DNA of 11,305 bases from Chlamydiales bacterium (GTDB lineage Bacteria > Chlamydiota > Chlamydiia > Chlamydiales > JBDQID01): the NCBI GenBank assembly GCA_047611865.1, contig JBLFWS010000110.1, positions 1 through 11,305 of the forward strand. The letters are read 5' to 3'. Below the pieces are notes generated by a model. The model searched no databases. It worked only from the letters and a program-made list of their open reading frames with translations, and had not been told where the DNA came from. Below are positions 1 through 7,754 of this stretch, one piece after another (position 1 is the stretch's first letter; each line of letters begins with the position of its first letter). The translations under genes and the position numbers were made by a program.

Positions 1-98
1 TAATGGAGGTAGAAATACTGCTTAACAACAGACCTCGAAAAGTGTTAAACTTTTCCACACCTATAGAGGTTTTTAGCCGCCTTAGTGAGGCTGCCTAA
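1..98 (+). CDS. IS30-family transposase, C-terminal fragment (5' partial)
   Basis: Manual translation from base 3 gives MEVEILLNNRPRKVLNFSTPIEVFSRLSEAA* (TAA 96-98). This matches the IS30 C-terminal motif LN-x-RPRK-x-L-x-(F/Y)-x-TP-x-E-x-F. Confidence 0.85.
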   Translation, partial: MEVEILLNNRPRKVLNFSTPIEVFSRLSEAA

Positions 99-99
99 A

Positions 100-125
100 T
101 GTCGCACTTCAGAATTGAATCGGCG
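100..125 (+). repeat. Putative right terminal inverted repeat of the IS30-family element
   Basis: A 26-bp segment directly after the transposase stop, with an IS30-like pattern. The partner repeat is outside the window. Confidence 0.6.
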
Positions 126-152
126 ATGATTAAGGAGGATTCCTCGAAGGCA

Positions 153-1193
153 TTATTTTTCTTCGTATCGATTTGGGAGAAGGTCACTCCAGACAATGAT
201 AGCCTGATTTTCATCGAGGTCGATTAGTGTCGTTCCTTTAATGTGTCCGAGGGTTTCAGCATTAGAATCAATTTTTATCAGTTGGTACCACATAGTGACT
301 TTAATTCTTGTATTTCCGTTGTGGGTATAGATCGAAAAAGTGAGGTTAGGGTTTTTACTTCCAATACGGGTGGAGCTTTGTGTGGGAAATATGTCGAGAT
401 ATGAGTTCGTGTAGCGCTTCCAAATCATTTCGGTCATATCAAAGACTGTTGCTTGAGTGCAGAGTTTTGCTACAGCTTTGGCTTGATCCGGATTTTTAGT
501 GCATCGTAGTAGCTGCTCCCAAAGGACGGCCACTTGAATGTCTTCGATACCTTTTTTGGGAATGACCGAGCCGTTGACATATATTGCTTGTCTTGTAATG
601 TCCAGGAAGAGCTGGTCAGGTAATTGGATATTTTCAAAACCGGGTATGGGGCGGGTTTTTTTGAAGGCTATTTCAGTAGCGTTAAAAACTTTGGAGGGGA
701 AATGATCAAAGATCATCCATTTATTTTCACTAGTAAAGGCATTAACAAATTCGGACATCGTTTCTGCGCGTGTACAGAGATTCGGTGTAATAGGACAAGG
801 AAAGATTGTATCTAAATTTTCAGAGATCGATTGAGGATGTTCCTCTTGAAGGAATGGGGGTTTGGATCCGTGATGAGTTTCTACCCAAGTAAATTCGATG
901 GCACAATGCTCCTGTACTTGGATGATTTCAGAGAGATTTAGTGATATCCATAGGCAGTCGGCTAAGTTGCCTATATCGATCCAGATATAGTCGTTAATAC
1001 CTTTTATTGATTCTTCATTGGATGGAAGGAGGGTCCATTCGTTAAGGATGTCATCTTCGAGGTCGTCGAAATATTTAGAAGCAAATAAAGAGGTTTTTTC
1101 AGAAGCCGTAGCACCTGTACTTGTTGGGGCGGGCTCTAAAAGAAGCGGAGAATTTCTGCTGAAGGCTTGTGTTTGTACTGTAGTTAGGGACAT
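153..1193 (-). CDS. Hypothetical protein, 346 aa; possible secreted effector
   Basis: Long ATG-started ORF 24 bp downstream of nnr. It has a Ser/Thr/Pro-rich N-terminus, and I recognise no family. Confidence 0.75.
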   Translation of the reverse strand: MSLTTVQTQAFSRNSPLLLEPAPTSTGATASEKTSLFASKYFDDLEDDILNEWTLLPSNEESIKGINDYIWIDIGNLADCLWISLNLSEIIQVQEHCAIEFTWVETHHGSKPPFLQEEHPQSISENLDTIFPCPITPNLCTRAETMSEFVNAFTSENKWMIFDHFPSKVFNATEIAFKKTRPIPGFENIQLPDQLFLDITRQAIYVNGSVIPKKGIEDIQVAVLWEQLLRCTKNPDQAKAVAKLCTQATVFDMTEMIWKRYTNSYLDIFPTQSSTRIGSKNPNLTFSIYTHNGNTRIKVTMWYQLIKIDSNAETLGHIKGTTLIDLDENQAIIVWSDLLPNRYEEK

Positions 1194-1217
1194 TGATATT
1201 AGAGTGGGGGTTTAATT

Positions 1218-2720
1218 TTAGATTAATAATTTGTACGCAAAAGGGAGGGCATCAATTAGGTCTGATGCGATAACACTATAGGAGGTTAACTGCTTTGAAG
1301 CATGTTCGCCGGCGAGGGCATGAAGATATACTCCTAAACAGGCAGCATTCTTTGTTGAAAGCCCTTGAGCGAGCAAAGAAGCAACAATACCTGTCAAAAC
1401 ATCACCTGTTCCTGCTGTGGCCATGCCAGGGTCCCCATAGGGAATGACGAAAGGTGTTTCTTTGGGTTGAAATACAAAACTTGGGCTACCTTTGAGGATA
1501 AGGGTGACATTATTTTCTTTGCTGAACTTAGAGCAAAGGTGGATGAAATCCATATTTAATGGGTGTTTTTCTTTTAGCCCAAGAAGCCTGTGCATTTCGC
1601 CGCTATGAGGAGTCATAACAGTATATTGGGGTAAGGATATTTTTTCCATGGATAAAATGTTTAAAGCATCAGCATCTATTACACAGGGTTTTTTGATTTT
1701 TGGGAGAACTTTTCGTAGCAGAGTTTTACTTCCCTCAGAGGAGCCAAGACCCGGACCAATAAAGGTCGCTGCGGCGTCGTTAAGGGTTGGAATAAGTTCC
1801 TCTTCTTTTCCAGTGTAGAAAGCTTGTTTGATAAGTTCATAGGGGCTGTTTGCTAGTTCGGCCTGCATACCATCGGGGTGTAGGAGGCGGACAATGCCAG
1901 CACCACAACGTAAGGCTGCATAGGAGGCGAGGATTGCAGCCCCAGGCATTCCTGGGGATCCGGCAATTCCCACTACGTAGCCGGCTTGATATTTGTGTCT
2001 GTTTCGAAGTATTGGGGGGAGTAAGGAGCTCGCATGTGCGTGTGTCATGGTAATAAAATCTTCTTCGGAAGAGTTTACATATTTTGTTTTCAGTCCGAAG
2101 TCCACTAGCTGGAGTTTCCCCACGTATTTCCAGCCATTTCTAATAAAAAAGCCCGTCTTTGGAAGGCAGAGGAAGATTGTTATGAAGGCTTCGATGGCGA
2201 TACCCCCAGTCTCACCTGTATTTCCGTTTAGTCCTGATGGAATATCAATTGCAATAGTTGGAAGGAGGGACTGGTTGGCTTTGGATATAGCGGCATGAAA
2301 AAGACCTTCGACTTTTCCATGGAATCCGGTACCCAGGATTCCATCCAAGAGTATCCCAGAGCTAGGCAGTTCTATTTGTTCATGAGCTTTTATTAAGCGT
2401 ATCTTACCGTTTTTTTCCTGGAAATGCTGTATTTGATTTTGGCAAAGAGGGCTACATTGCTCGCTTGGGACGAGTTGTAATGCTTCTACTTGATATCCTT
2501 TTTGGGTGAGTAGTGTTCCCGCAACGTAGGCATCACCTGCATTGTTTCCTTTTCCACAAAGTAGAGTAACTTGTTTTTTGTGTTCGTGTATCGCGATTTC
2601 GCGTTCGATAACGTTGGCAATACCAGAGCCTGCATTATACATGAACTCTTCTCCCGAAGAGCCCTCTGTAAAGGCTATTGCTTCGATACGGGACATTTCT
2701 TTGGCTGCAATGACTTTCAC
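1218..2720 (-). CDS. nnr: Bifunctional NAD(P)H-hydrate epimerase/dehydratase (YjeF/Nnr)
   Basis: N-terminal domain has GKGNNAGD, DGILGTG and IDIPSG. C-terminal domain has HKYQAG, GSPGMPGAA, IGPGLG, VIDADAL, TPHSGE, LKG and GMATAGTGDVLTG. GTG start with AGGAG 8 nt upstream. Confidence 0.96.
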   Translation of the reverse strand: MKVIAAKEMSRIEAIAFTEGSSGEEFMYNAGSGIANVIEREIAIHEHKKQVTLLCGKGNNAGDAYVAGTLLTQKGYQVEALQLVPSEQCSPLCQNQIQHFQEKNGKIRLIKAHEQIELPSSGILLDGILGTGFHGKVEGLFHAAISKANQSLLPTIAIDIPSGLNGNTGETGGIAIEAFITIFLCLPKTGFFIRNGWKYVGKLQLVDFGLKTKYVNSSEEDFITMTHAHASSLLPPILRNRHKYQAGYVVGIAGSPGMPGAAILASYAALRCGAGIVRLLHPDGMQAELANSPYELIKQAFYTGKEEELIPTLNDAAATFIGPGLGSSEGSKTLLRKVLPKIKKPCVIDADALNILSMEKISLPQYTVMTPHSGEMHRLLGLKEKHPLNMDFIHLCSKFSKENNVTLILKGSPSFVFQPKETPFVIPYGDPGMATAGTGDVLTGIVASLLAQGLSTKNAACLGVYLHALAGEHASKQLTSYSVIASDLIDALPFAYKLLI

Positions 2721-2728
2721 TGCTTATG

Positions 2729-2733
2729 CTCCT
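2729..2733 (-). promoter_or_regulatory. Shine-Dalgarno site (AGGAG) of nnr
   Basis: CTCCT on the + strand, 8 nt upstream of the GTG at 2720. Confidence 0.7.
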
Positions 2734-2799
2734 GAAAAAGATTGTGCGCTATAGAATTAGTTTAGCGAAATGTTGATTTTTTCAGGATAAAAACACAAA

Positions 2800-3798
2800 T
2801 TATAGATGTTCTTCTTTGATAGCCCGCTTTAAGAGGTCTTTTACGGCTTCCGCAGGTGTTAAATCTTTGTAAAGGATATTATAGATAGTCTCCGAAATAG
2901 GTACTGGAATACCCGTTTTTTGGCTTATTTGAAAAGCTGAGACGCAGGTATAAGCTCCTTCAACAACTTGTCCAATTATTTTCTTGGCTTCTTCAAAGGA
3001 ATGGTTTTCAGCTAGTAGGCGGCCAAAGCGGTAGTTTCTGCTGTGGGTTGAAAGGCAGGTGACACAGAGGTCTCCCATTCCTGACAAGCCATTGAGGGTT
3101 TCAGGATTACATCCTTTAACTTTTGCTAATTTTCGAATTTCGTGGAGCCCTCTAGTCATAAGGGCTGCTTTTGTATTGTCTCCGAACCCTAAGCCATCTG
3201 AGATTCCGCATGCTATGGCGACTATATTTTTCATAGCTCCGCCGAATTCGACTCCGTTGATGTCGCTGTTGGGATAAACACGGAATACGGGGGTGGAAAA
3301 AGTTTCCTGGATCTTGAACATGGTGTCGCGACTGTATGCTGAGCAAGTTACGGAGGCAGGGAGGCCCTTGACTACTTCTTCTGCATGACTGGGGCCGCTG
3401 AGGCATCCAATCTGATTGCGGTGGTCTTCACCTAGGGTTTCGACGACAACTTCTGTGAGGAGTAGGCCGGTATTTTGTTCGATGCCTTTTGAGGTGAGGG
3501 TGATAGGGCATGAAGGAATACCTAATTCTTTAACTTTTTTGAAAACAGGACGTATTCCAGCAGAGGTTACCCCTTCTACAAGCATATCGATGTTATCCAA
3601 GGCTTTAGAAAGGTCTGTAGTTAATGATAGAGTTTTGGGGATTTCGATTTCGGGAAAGCAGGGATGCCTTCCGGTTTCGTTAACTGTACGCACTAAATTT
3701 TCATCAATTGTCCAGGCGATTACGTCGTAGCCTTTGTTCGCTAATAGGGAAGCGAGGCAAAAACCCCAGGCTCCGGCGCCCAAATAACCAATTTTCAT
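2800..3798 (-). CDS. gpsA: NAD(P)H-dependent glycerol-3-phosphate dehydrogenase
   Basis: Rossmann motif MKIGYLGAGAWG, plus SKGIE, LSGPSHAEEV, GGAMKN, GDNTKAALMTRGL, GLSGMGDL-x-VTC-x-S-xx-SRN and VVEG. ATG 3798 is preferred over GTG 3810 because homologues typically begin at MKI. Confidence 0.97.
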   Translation of the reverse strand: MKIGYLGAGAWGFCLASLLANKGYDVIAWTIDENLVRTVNETGRHPCFPEIEIPKTLSLTTDLSKALDNIDMLVEGVTSAGIRPVFKKVKELGIPSCPITLTSKGIEQNTGLLLTEVVVETLGEDHRNQIGCLSGPSHAEEVVKGLPASVTCSAYSRDTMFKIQETFSTPVFRVYPNSDINGVEFGGAMKNIVAIACGISDGLGFGDNTKAALMTRGLHEIRKLAKVKGCNPETLNGLSGMGDLCVTCLSTHSRNYRFGRLLAENHSFEEAKKIIGQVVEGAYTCVSAFQISQKTGIPVPISETIYNILYKDLTPAEAVKDLLKRAIKEEHL

Positions 3799-3872
3799 AG
3801 CAGATCTCACTTTCGAAAGTTACTTATTAACAATAGTTTATATATTAAATAGAGATTTTTAAAAAGCTGTTT

Positions 3873-3900
3873 TTGGATATTATGTGAAGTTTGATACTAT
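3873..3900 (+). promoter_or_regulatory. Candidate sigma70-type promoter for the plus-strand genes
   Basis: TTGGAT (3873-3878), a 16-nt spacer, then TACTAT (3895-3900) preceded by TG-n (extended -10). It lies in the AT-rich divergent intergenic region, where chance matches are likely. Confidence 0.3.
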
Positions 3901-3958
3901 TCACCTTGAAATATTTAAGTAATTTTTATCGAATCAGTCAAAATCGAAAGGTTAAATT

Positions 3959-4894
3959 ATGAGAGTTATAGCTATCCTTATGTCAATTTTACTATTGACA
4001 GCTTCCTGTACTTCTCACACGAGGTATGTTGATACTTCTGCAGGGAAAAATATTAAATCATCACATCCCGTAAAAAATGTTTTGGACGCGTATTCATACT
4101 ATTTACAAGATAATGAAATTTACTCGATGGGAAGTGGAGTTACGGAAGACAGAAGAGGAGGTATAATATCCTTTTATCAAGTGGGAGTTATAAAGAAAAA
4201 ACTTGATATGAAGGAAGCAAGAACATTAATGGTCCAGTCTGTTCAGGAGCTTGTAAAGCGCATAAATGAAAATAAAAGATTGAAGAAGCGTTTAGCTTTT
4301 AATCAGGTAACCCCTTCAAATATTCACTTCTCGCTTATAGTGACGGATGAAAAAGGAAGTCATATTGAGGACGGAAAGCACGTTACTAAAATTGGTTTGA
4401 GAGATGGAATGATCAAATACTATAAGTTTGATTCTGATGCAAAGGTCGTTCATGAAACTTATGAGCCCGCTCAATTGAAGTCGCGTTATTACTCTGATGG
4501 GACAGAGGGGAAGAAGCGAGAGGACAATCTTGTTTTGCTAGAACAGGAAATGTTTTCCGCAGCATTGGCAATCTATGAAAAACCTAAAGTTGCTCTTTGG
4601 GCAAAAGAAAGATTGGAAGCTTTGCAAAAGAAAATGGCCGAAGCTCAGGTAAAAAGTGATGTTCTTTTGAAGAAATCACCTAATATTGAGCTCACAGAAA
4701 TAGCTGCTCCGCAGAGTATAGAAGGGCTGGAGCTCAGTGAGGATCTTAGAATGATAGTTGAGGAAGAAGAATTATCTTCTCAGAAAGAGACAGGAAAGGT
4801 TGAGGTGGAAGGAGTTCCTTCTCTTTCAGAAAAACAAGCTGACGAGAAAGAGGTGAGTTCTGAAGAGCATGTAGAGAAGCAGAAAGAACAATAA
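3959..4894 (+). CDS. Putative lipoprotein of unknown function with an acidic C-terminal tail
   Basis: Signal peptide MRVIAILMSILLLTAS-C (lipobox-like, Cys17). The domain EARTLMV..V.E....IN.N..L...L......NI...HETYE recalls a paralogous family of environmental chlamydiae (from memory, not verified). The C-terminus is Glu-rich. Confidence 0.75.
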   Translation: MRVIAILMSILLLTASCTSHTRYVDTSAGKNIKSSHPVKNVLDAYSYYLQDNEIYSMGSGVTEDRRGGIISFYQVGVIKKKLDMKEARTLMVQSVQELVKRINENKRLKKRLAFNQVTPSNIHFSLIVTDEKGSHIEDGKHVTKIGLRDGMIKYYKFDSDAKVVHETYEPAQLKSRYYSDGTEGKKREDNLVLLEQEMFSAALAIYEKPKVALWAKERLEALQKKMAEAQVKSDVLLKKSPNIELTEIAAPQSIEGLELSEDLRMIVEEEELSSQKETGKVEVEGVPSLSEKQADEKEVSSEEHVEKQKEQ

Positions 4895-4908
4895 TTCACT
4901 TTGTGTTG

Positions 4909-4932
4909 CAAGGGGGTGTCAACTCCCCCTTG
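4909..4932 (+). terminator. Stem-loop after the lipoprotein gene (weak terminator or translational control element)
   Basis: CAAGGGGG (4909-4916) pairs with CCCCCTTG (4925-4932) around an 8-nt loop. The downstream U-tract is poor. Confidence 0.4.
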
Positions 4933-4955
4933 TTCATATATTTAGGGGAGGTGTC

Positions 4956-5639
4956 ATGCTGAGTGGAGAGCAAAGAGTTATCCAAAAAAGGCGTGATTGG
5001 AACGAACAGGCTTTGGCGAAAGACGGCTTTTGTCAGCAAGTGTGTCGTCAGGTGACCAAAGAGGACTTTTCTAAAGTTATAGAAGACATTTCATGGAAAT
5101 TGGAGCTCCCTGGAGGGGGGCATAGCTTATTGGATGTGGGATGTGGAAATGGGTATCTTTTACAACATCTTCAAAAGCACTGTTCTTTTGTTTCAGGAAG
5201 TGATTTTTCAGAGGAGATGGTTCGAAAAGCTCGCTGTAATATTCCTTTAGGTGATTTTATTTGTGGAGAGGCTTTGAATATAGGCTACAGAGAGAACTCT
5301 TTTGAAAGGGTATTGATTTACAGTGTCTTTCATTACTTCCCAGATCAATCCTATGCAAAGCGAGTTATAAAAGAGGCTGTTAGAGTTTGTCAGTCTGGGG
5401 GAAAGGTATTGTTAGGTGATCTGCTGGATAAGCGCGAAGAGGAAAGGATTAAAGGGAGTAGTGACTTGGAATATGAAAAAACCATTCCCTTGATTCAAAG
5501 GTACTCTTCCTGGTTATTTCTTGATTTAGAAGAGATTCTTAGTTTTATTCGGGCATTAGGCTGTGATTGTGAAATTTTGCCACAAGCAAAAGAATGGCCT
5601 CTTTCATCATATCGAAAAGATATTAAAATTTGGGTATAA
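4956..5639 (+). CDS. Class I SAM-dependent methyltransferase
   Basis: Motif I LLDVGCGNG, GSDFSEEM, FERVLIYSVFHYFP and RVCQSGGKVLLGD. Strong SD (GGGGAGGT) upstream of ATG 4956. Confidence 0.92.
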   Translation: MLSGEQRVIQKRRDWNEQALAKDGFCQQVCRQVTKEDFSKVIEDISWKLELPGGGHSLLDVGCGNGYLLQHLQKHCSFVSGSDFSEEMVRKARCNIPLGDFICGEALNIGYRENSFERVLIYSVFHYFPDQSYAKRVIKEAVRVCQSGGKVLLGDLLDKREEERIKGSSDLEYEKTIPLIQRYSSWLFLDLEEILSFIRALGCDCEILPQAKEWPLSSYRKDIKIWV

Positions 5640-5643
5640 AGGG

Positions 5644-6576
5644 ATGTTGGAAAGCAAGCTTTCGAAGTTTTCGGAGAGAGAATTCTGCCTTACAACGAGT
5701 TCTGGCAGTGCTGGAATCATAACGGCGTTACGTTCTTTGTGTCTTCCCTGGGGTGCAGAAGTGATTATGCCTTCTATATGTTGTCCAGCAGTTCTTTCAG
5801 CAATTCAGCTTGCGGGATATAAGGCCGTATTTGCAGATGTTGATATTGACAGTTTGTGCATGGGTCCATCTCAGGTAGAAGAAGTTCTTACTGAAAATAC
5901 CAGAGTAATTTTAGCTGTGCATTCTTTGGGCAGAGCATGTCCCATTGAAGAGTTGGAGTTATATGCCCAAGAGAAAGGGCTTTATCTTATAGAGGATGTA
6001 TGTCTTGCGATTGGGGGGAATATTTCTGGGCGGCCTTTTGGAAGCTTTGGAGATTTTAGCATATACAGTTTCGGGTATGACAAAATTATTGATGTGGGTG
6101 GAGGGGGAGCTTTACTGACGAGTAATGAGCAATGGTATAAAAATGCAAAAGAGTTTTTAGAGGGAAATACTTTTTTTACTTCTTTCTCAGAGAAGAGGAA
6201 AACTTATGTCTTTTCAGCATTGACAAACTTATCAGAAGGCATTTCAGTACGGTATGACAATGCGGTTTTTTTAGATAAACATTTAAAGGGATCAAAAATC
6301 CGTAAACTTCCTCTTAGATCGAATGGGATTTATTGGCGATACGCTTGTCTCTTTGAAGGGGACAGGGATTCTCTCGTTGAAGAGGCTGGCAAGGAAGGGA
6401 TTATCATAAGCAGTCACTATCGTGCCTTGCATCCTTTCAGAACAGGAGAGGCATTAGTTAATGCAAAAGAGATTTCGGATAAAGTGATCAATTTTTTTGT
6501 AAAGAAAGGGACAGCAAAAGAATATCTGAATAAAGTCGTGGAATTTATGGATCAGTATGGGAGGAACAGTTGTTGA
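5644..6576 (+). CDS. DegT/DnrJ/EryC1/StrS-family PLP-dependent sugar aminotransferase (short, divergent)
   Basis: SSGSAG, EVIMP, VFADVD, AVHSLG, LIED and YSFGYDK(PLP Lys)IIDVGGGG. ATG 5644 lies 4 nt after the methyltransferase stop. The ORF-track start at 5563 would overlap the upstream gene by 77 nt. Confidence 0.85.
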   Translation: MLESKLSKFSEREFCLTTSSGSAGIITALRSLCLPWGAEVIMPSICCPAVLSAIQLAGYKAVFADVDIDSLCMGPSQVEEVLTENTRVILAVHSLGRACPIEELELYAQEKGLYLIEDVCLAIGGNISGRPFGSFGDFSIYSFGYDKIIDVGGGGALLTSNEQWYKNAKEFLEGNTFFTSFSEKRKTYVFSALTNLSEGISVRYDNAVFLDKHLKGSKIRKLPLRSNGIYWRYACLFEGDRDSLVEEAGKEGIIISSHYRALHPFRTGEALVNAKEISDKVINFFVKKGTAKEYLNKVVEFMDQYGRNSC

Positions 6577-7646
6577 ATAGAGTAAGGAATCGTTTGGAAG
6601 TATCTATTGGTGGTCGCATGGTTGGTGAGGGACATAGTCCGCTTATTGTAGCGGAGATGTCTGGAAATCATAATCAATCCTTTGATCGAGCAATAGAAAT
6701 TATTGACAAGGCCAAGGCAGCAGGAGCGGATGCAATAAAGTTTCAAACATATACTCCTGATACGATGACATTGGATTTAAAGAGAGACGAATTTTTTCTA
6801 AAAGATATGGACAATCCGTGGGAAGGAAAAAGTTTGTATGAGGTCTACAAAGAAGCGTATACGCCTTGGGAATGGCATGAGGATTTGGCTAAACGTTGTA
6901 AAGATATTGGGCTTCTTTGGTTTAGCAGTCCTTTTGATGCTAGCGCTGTAGACTTCCTTGAAAAACTGAATGTTCCTGCATATAAAATAGCTTCTGCTGA
7001 GAATACGGATATTCAGCTTATTCGAAAAGTGGCTGCAACTGGGAAGCCAGTGATTATTTCTACAGGTATGGCTACAATTGCGGATCTTTCAGAAAGTGTC
7101 GAAGTAGCAAGAGAAGCTGGTTGTAAGGAATTGATTTTATTGAAATGTACTTGTACTTATCCGGCAGCACCAGAGAACTCAAATCTTCTTACTATTCCCC
7201 ACCTCAGGGATTTATTTAATACTCCAGTGGGCCTTTCAGATCACACTCTGGGTATAGGTGTAGGGGTGGCGAGCGTCGCTTTAGGGAGTGTGTTGGTTGA
7301 AAAACACTTCACCCTTTCTCGAGAAGAAGGAGGAGTCGATGCTTTTTTCTCTTTAGAACCCCATGAGTTGAAAATGTTAGGTGAGGAATGTCGTAGAGCC
7401 TGGTCTAGCTTGGGGGGAATTGTTTATGGGCCTGTTGGTAAAGAGAAAGACTATCTTAAATGTCGAAGATCTCTTTATGTCGTTAAAGACATGGAAAAAG
7501 GAGAACTCTTTTCAGCTGATAATGTTCGTGCGATACGTCCAGGACTTGGTTTGCCGACAAAGTATTTTGATGTGCTGAGGGGAGCAAAGGTTAGCAGAAG
7601 TGTCAAAAAAGGGACCCCGGTAAGTTGGGAGATTTTGACTATATAA
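6573..7646 (+). CDS. pseI: Pseudaminic acid synthase (NeuB family, PseI type) with C-terminal SAF domain
   Basis: AEMSGNHNQS, GADAIKFQTYTPDTMT, AYTPWEWH, FSSPFD, YKIAS, LLKCTCTYPA, GLSDHTLG, EKHFTL, GGVDAFFSLEP, RRSLY and IRPGLGL. TTG 6573 has GGAGG 8 nt upstream and a TTGA overlap with the upstream stop; TTG 6570 is the alternative start. Confidence 0.92.
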   Translation: MNRVRNRLEVSIGGRMVGEGHSPLIVAEMSGNHNQSFDRAIEIIDKAKAAGADAIKFQTYTPDTMTLDLKRDEFFLKDMDNPWEGKSLYEVYKEAYTPWEWHEDLAKRCKDIGLLWFSSPFDASAVDFLEKLNVPAYKIASAENTDIQLIRKVAATGKPVIISTGMATIADLSESVEVAREAGCKELILLKCTCTYPAAPENSNLLTIPHLRDLFNTPVGLSDHTLGIGVGVASVALGSVLVEKHFTLSREEGGVDAFFSLEPHELKMLGEECRRAWSSLGGIVYGPVGKEKDYLKCRRSLYVVKDMEKGELFSADNVRAIRPGLGLPTKYFDVLRGAKVSRSVKKGTPVSWEILTI

Positions 7647-7680
7647 TTCAAGATTTTGTGGGATTAAAAGCCTTTTCCAA

Positions 7681-7749
7681 AAAGTAATGTTGGATGTTGG
7701 GTAACATTATTTTACTGAGCTATACTTAAACTAACCCGTATTGAGTATG
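7681..7749. terminator. Two AT-rich inverted repeats between the convergent pseI and MORN genes; possible terminators
   Basis: AAAGTAATGTT (7681-7691) pairs with AACATTATTTT (7703-7713), and ATACTTAA (7722-7729) pairs with TTGAGTAT (7741-7748). Each stem has one G-U pair on the + strand. Confidence 0.3.
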
Positions 7750-7754
7750 TGAAT

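Larger units (their letters stand above)
1..125 (+). mobile_element. IS30-family insertion sequence, right end (partial; continues left of the window)
   Basis: Transposase C-terminus at <1..98 is followed directly by TGTCGCACTTCAGAATTGAATCGGCG, which resembles IS30-family right ends (GTTGCACTT...TTGAATC..). The exact end (124-125) is uncertain without the left end. Confidence 0.8.

Noticed and set aside
5563..5643. Longer N-terminus for the aminotransferase
   Set aside because: It overlaps the methyltransferase by 77 nt and does not clearly resemble a DegT N-terminus. ATG 5644 fits operon packing better.
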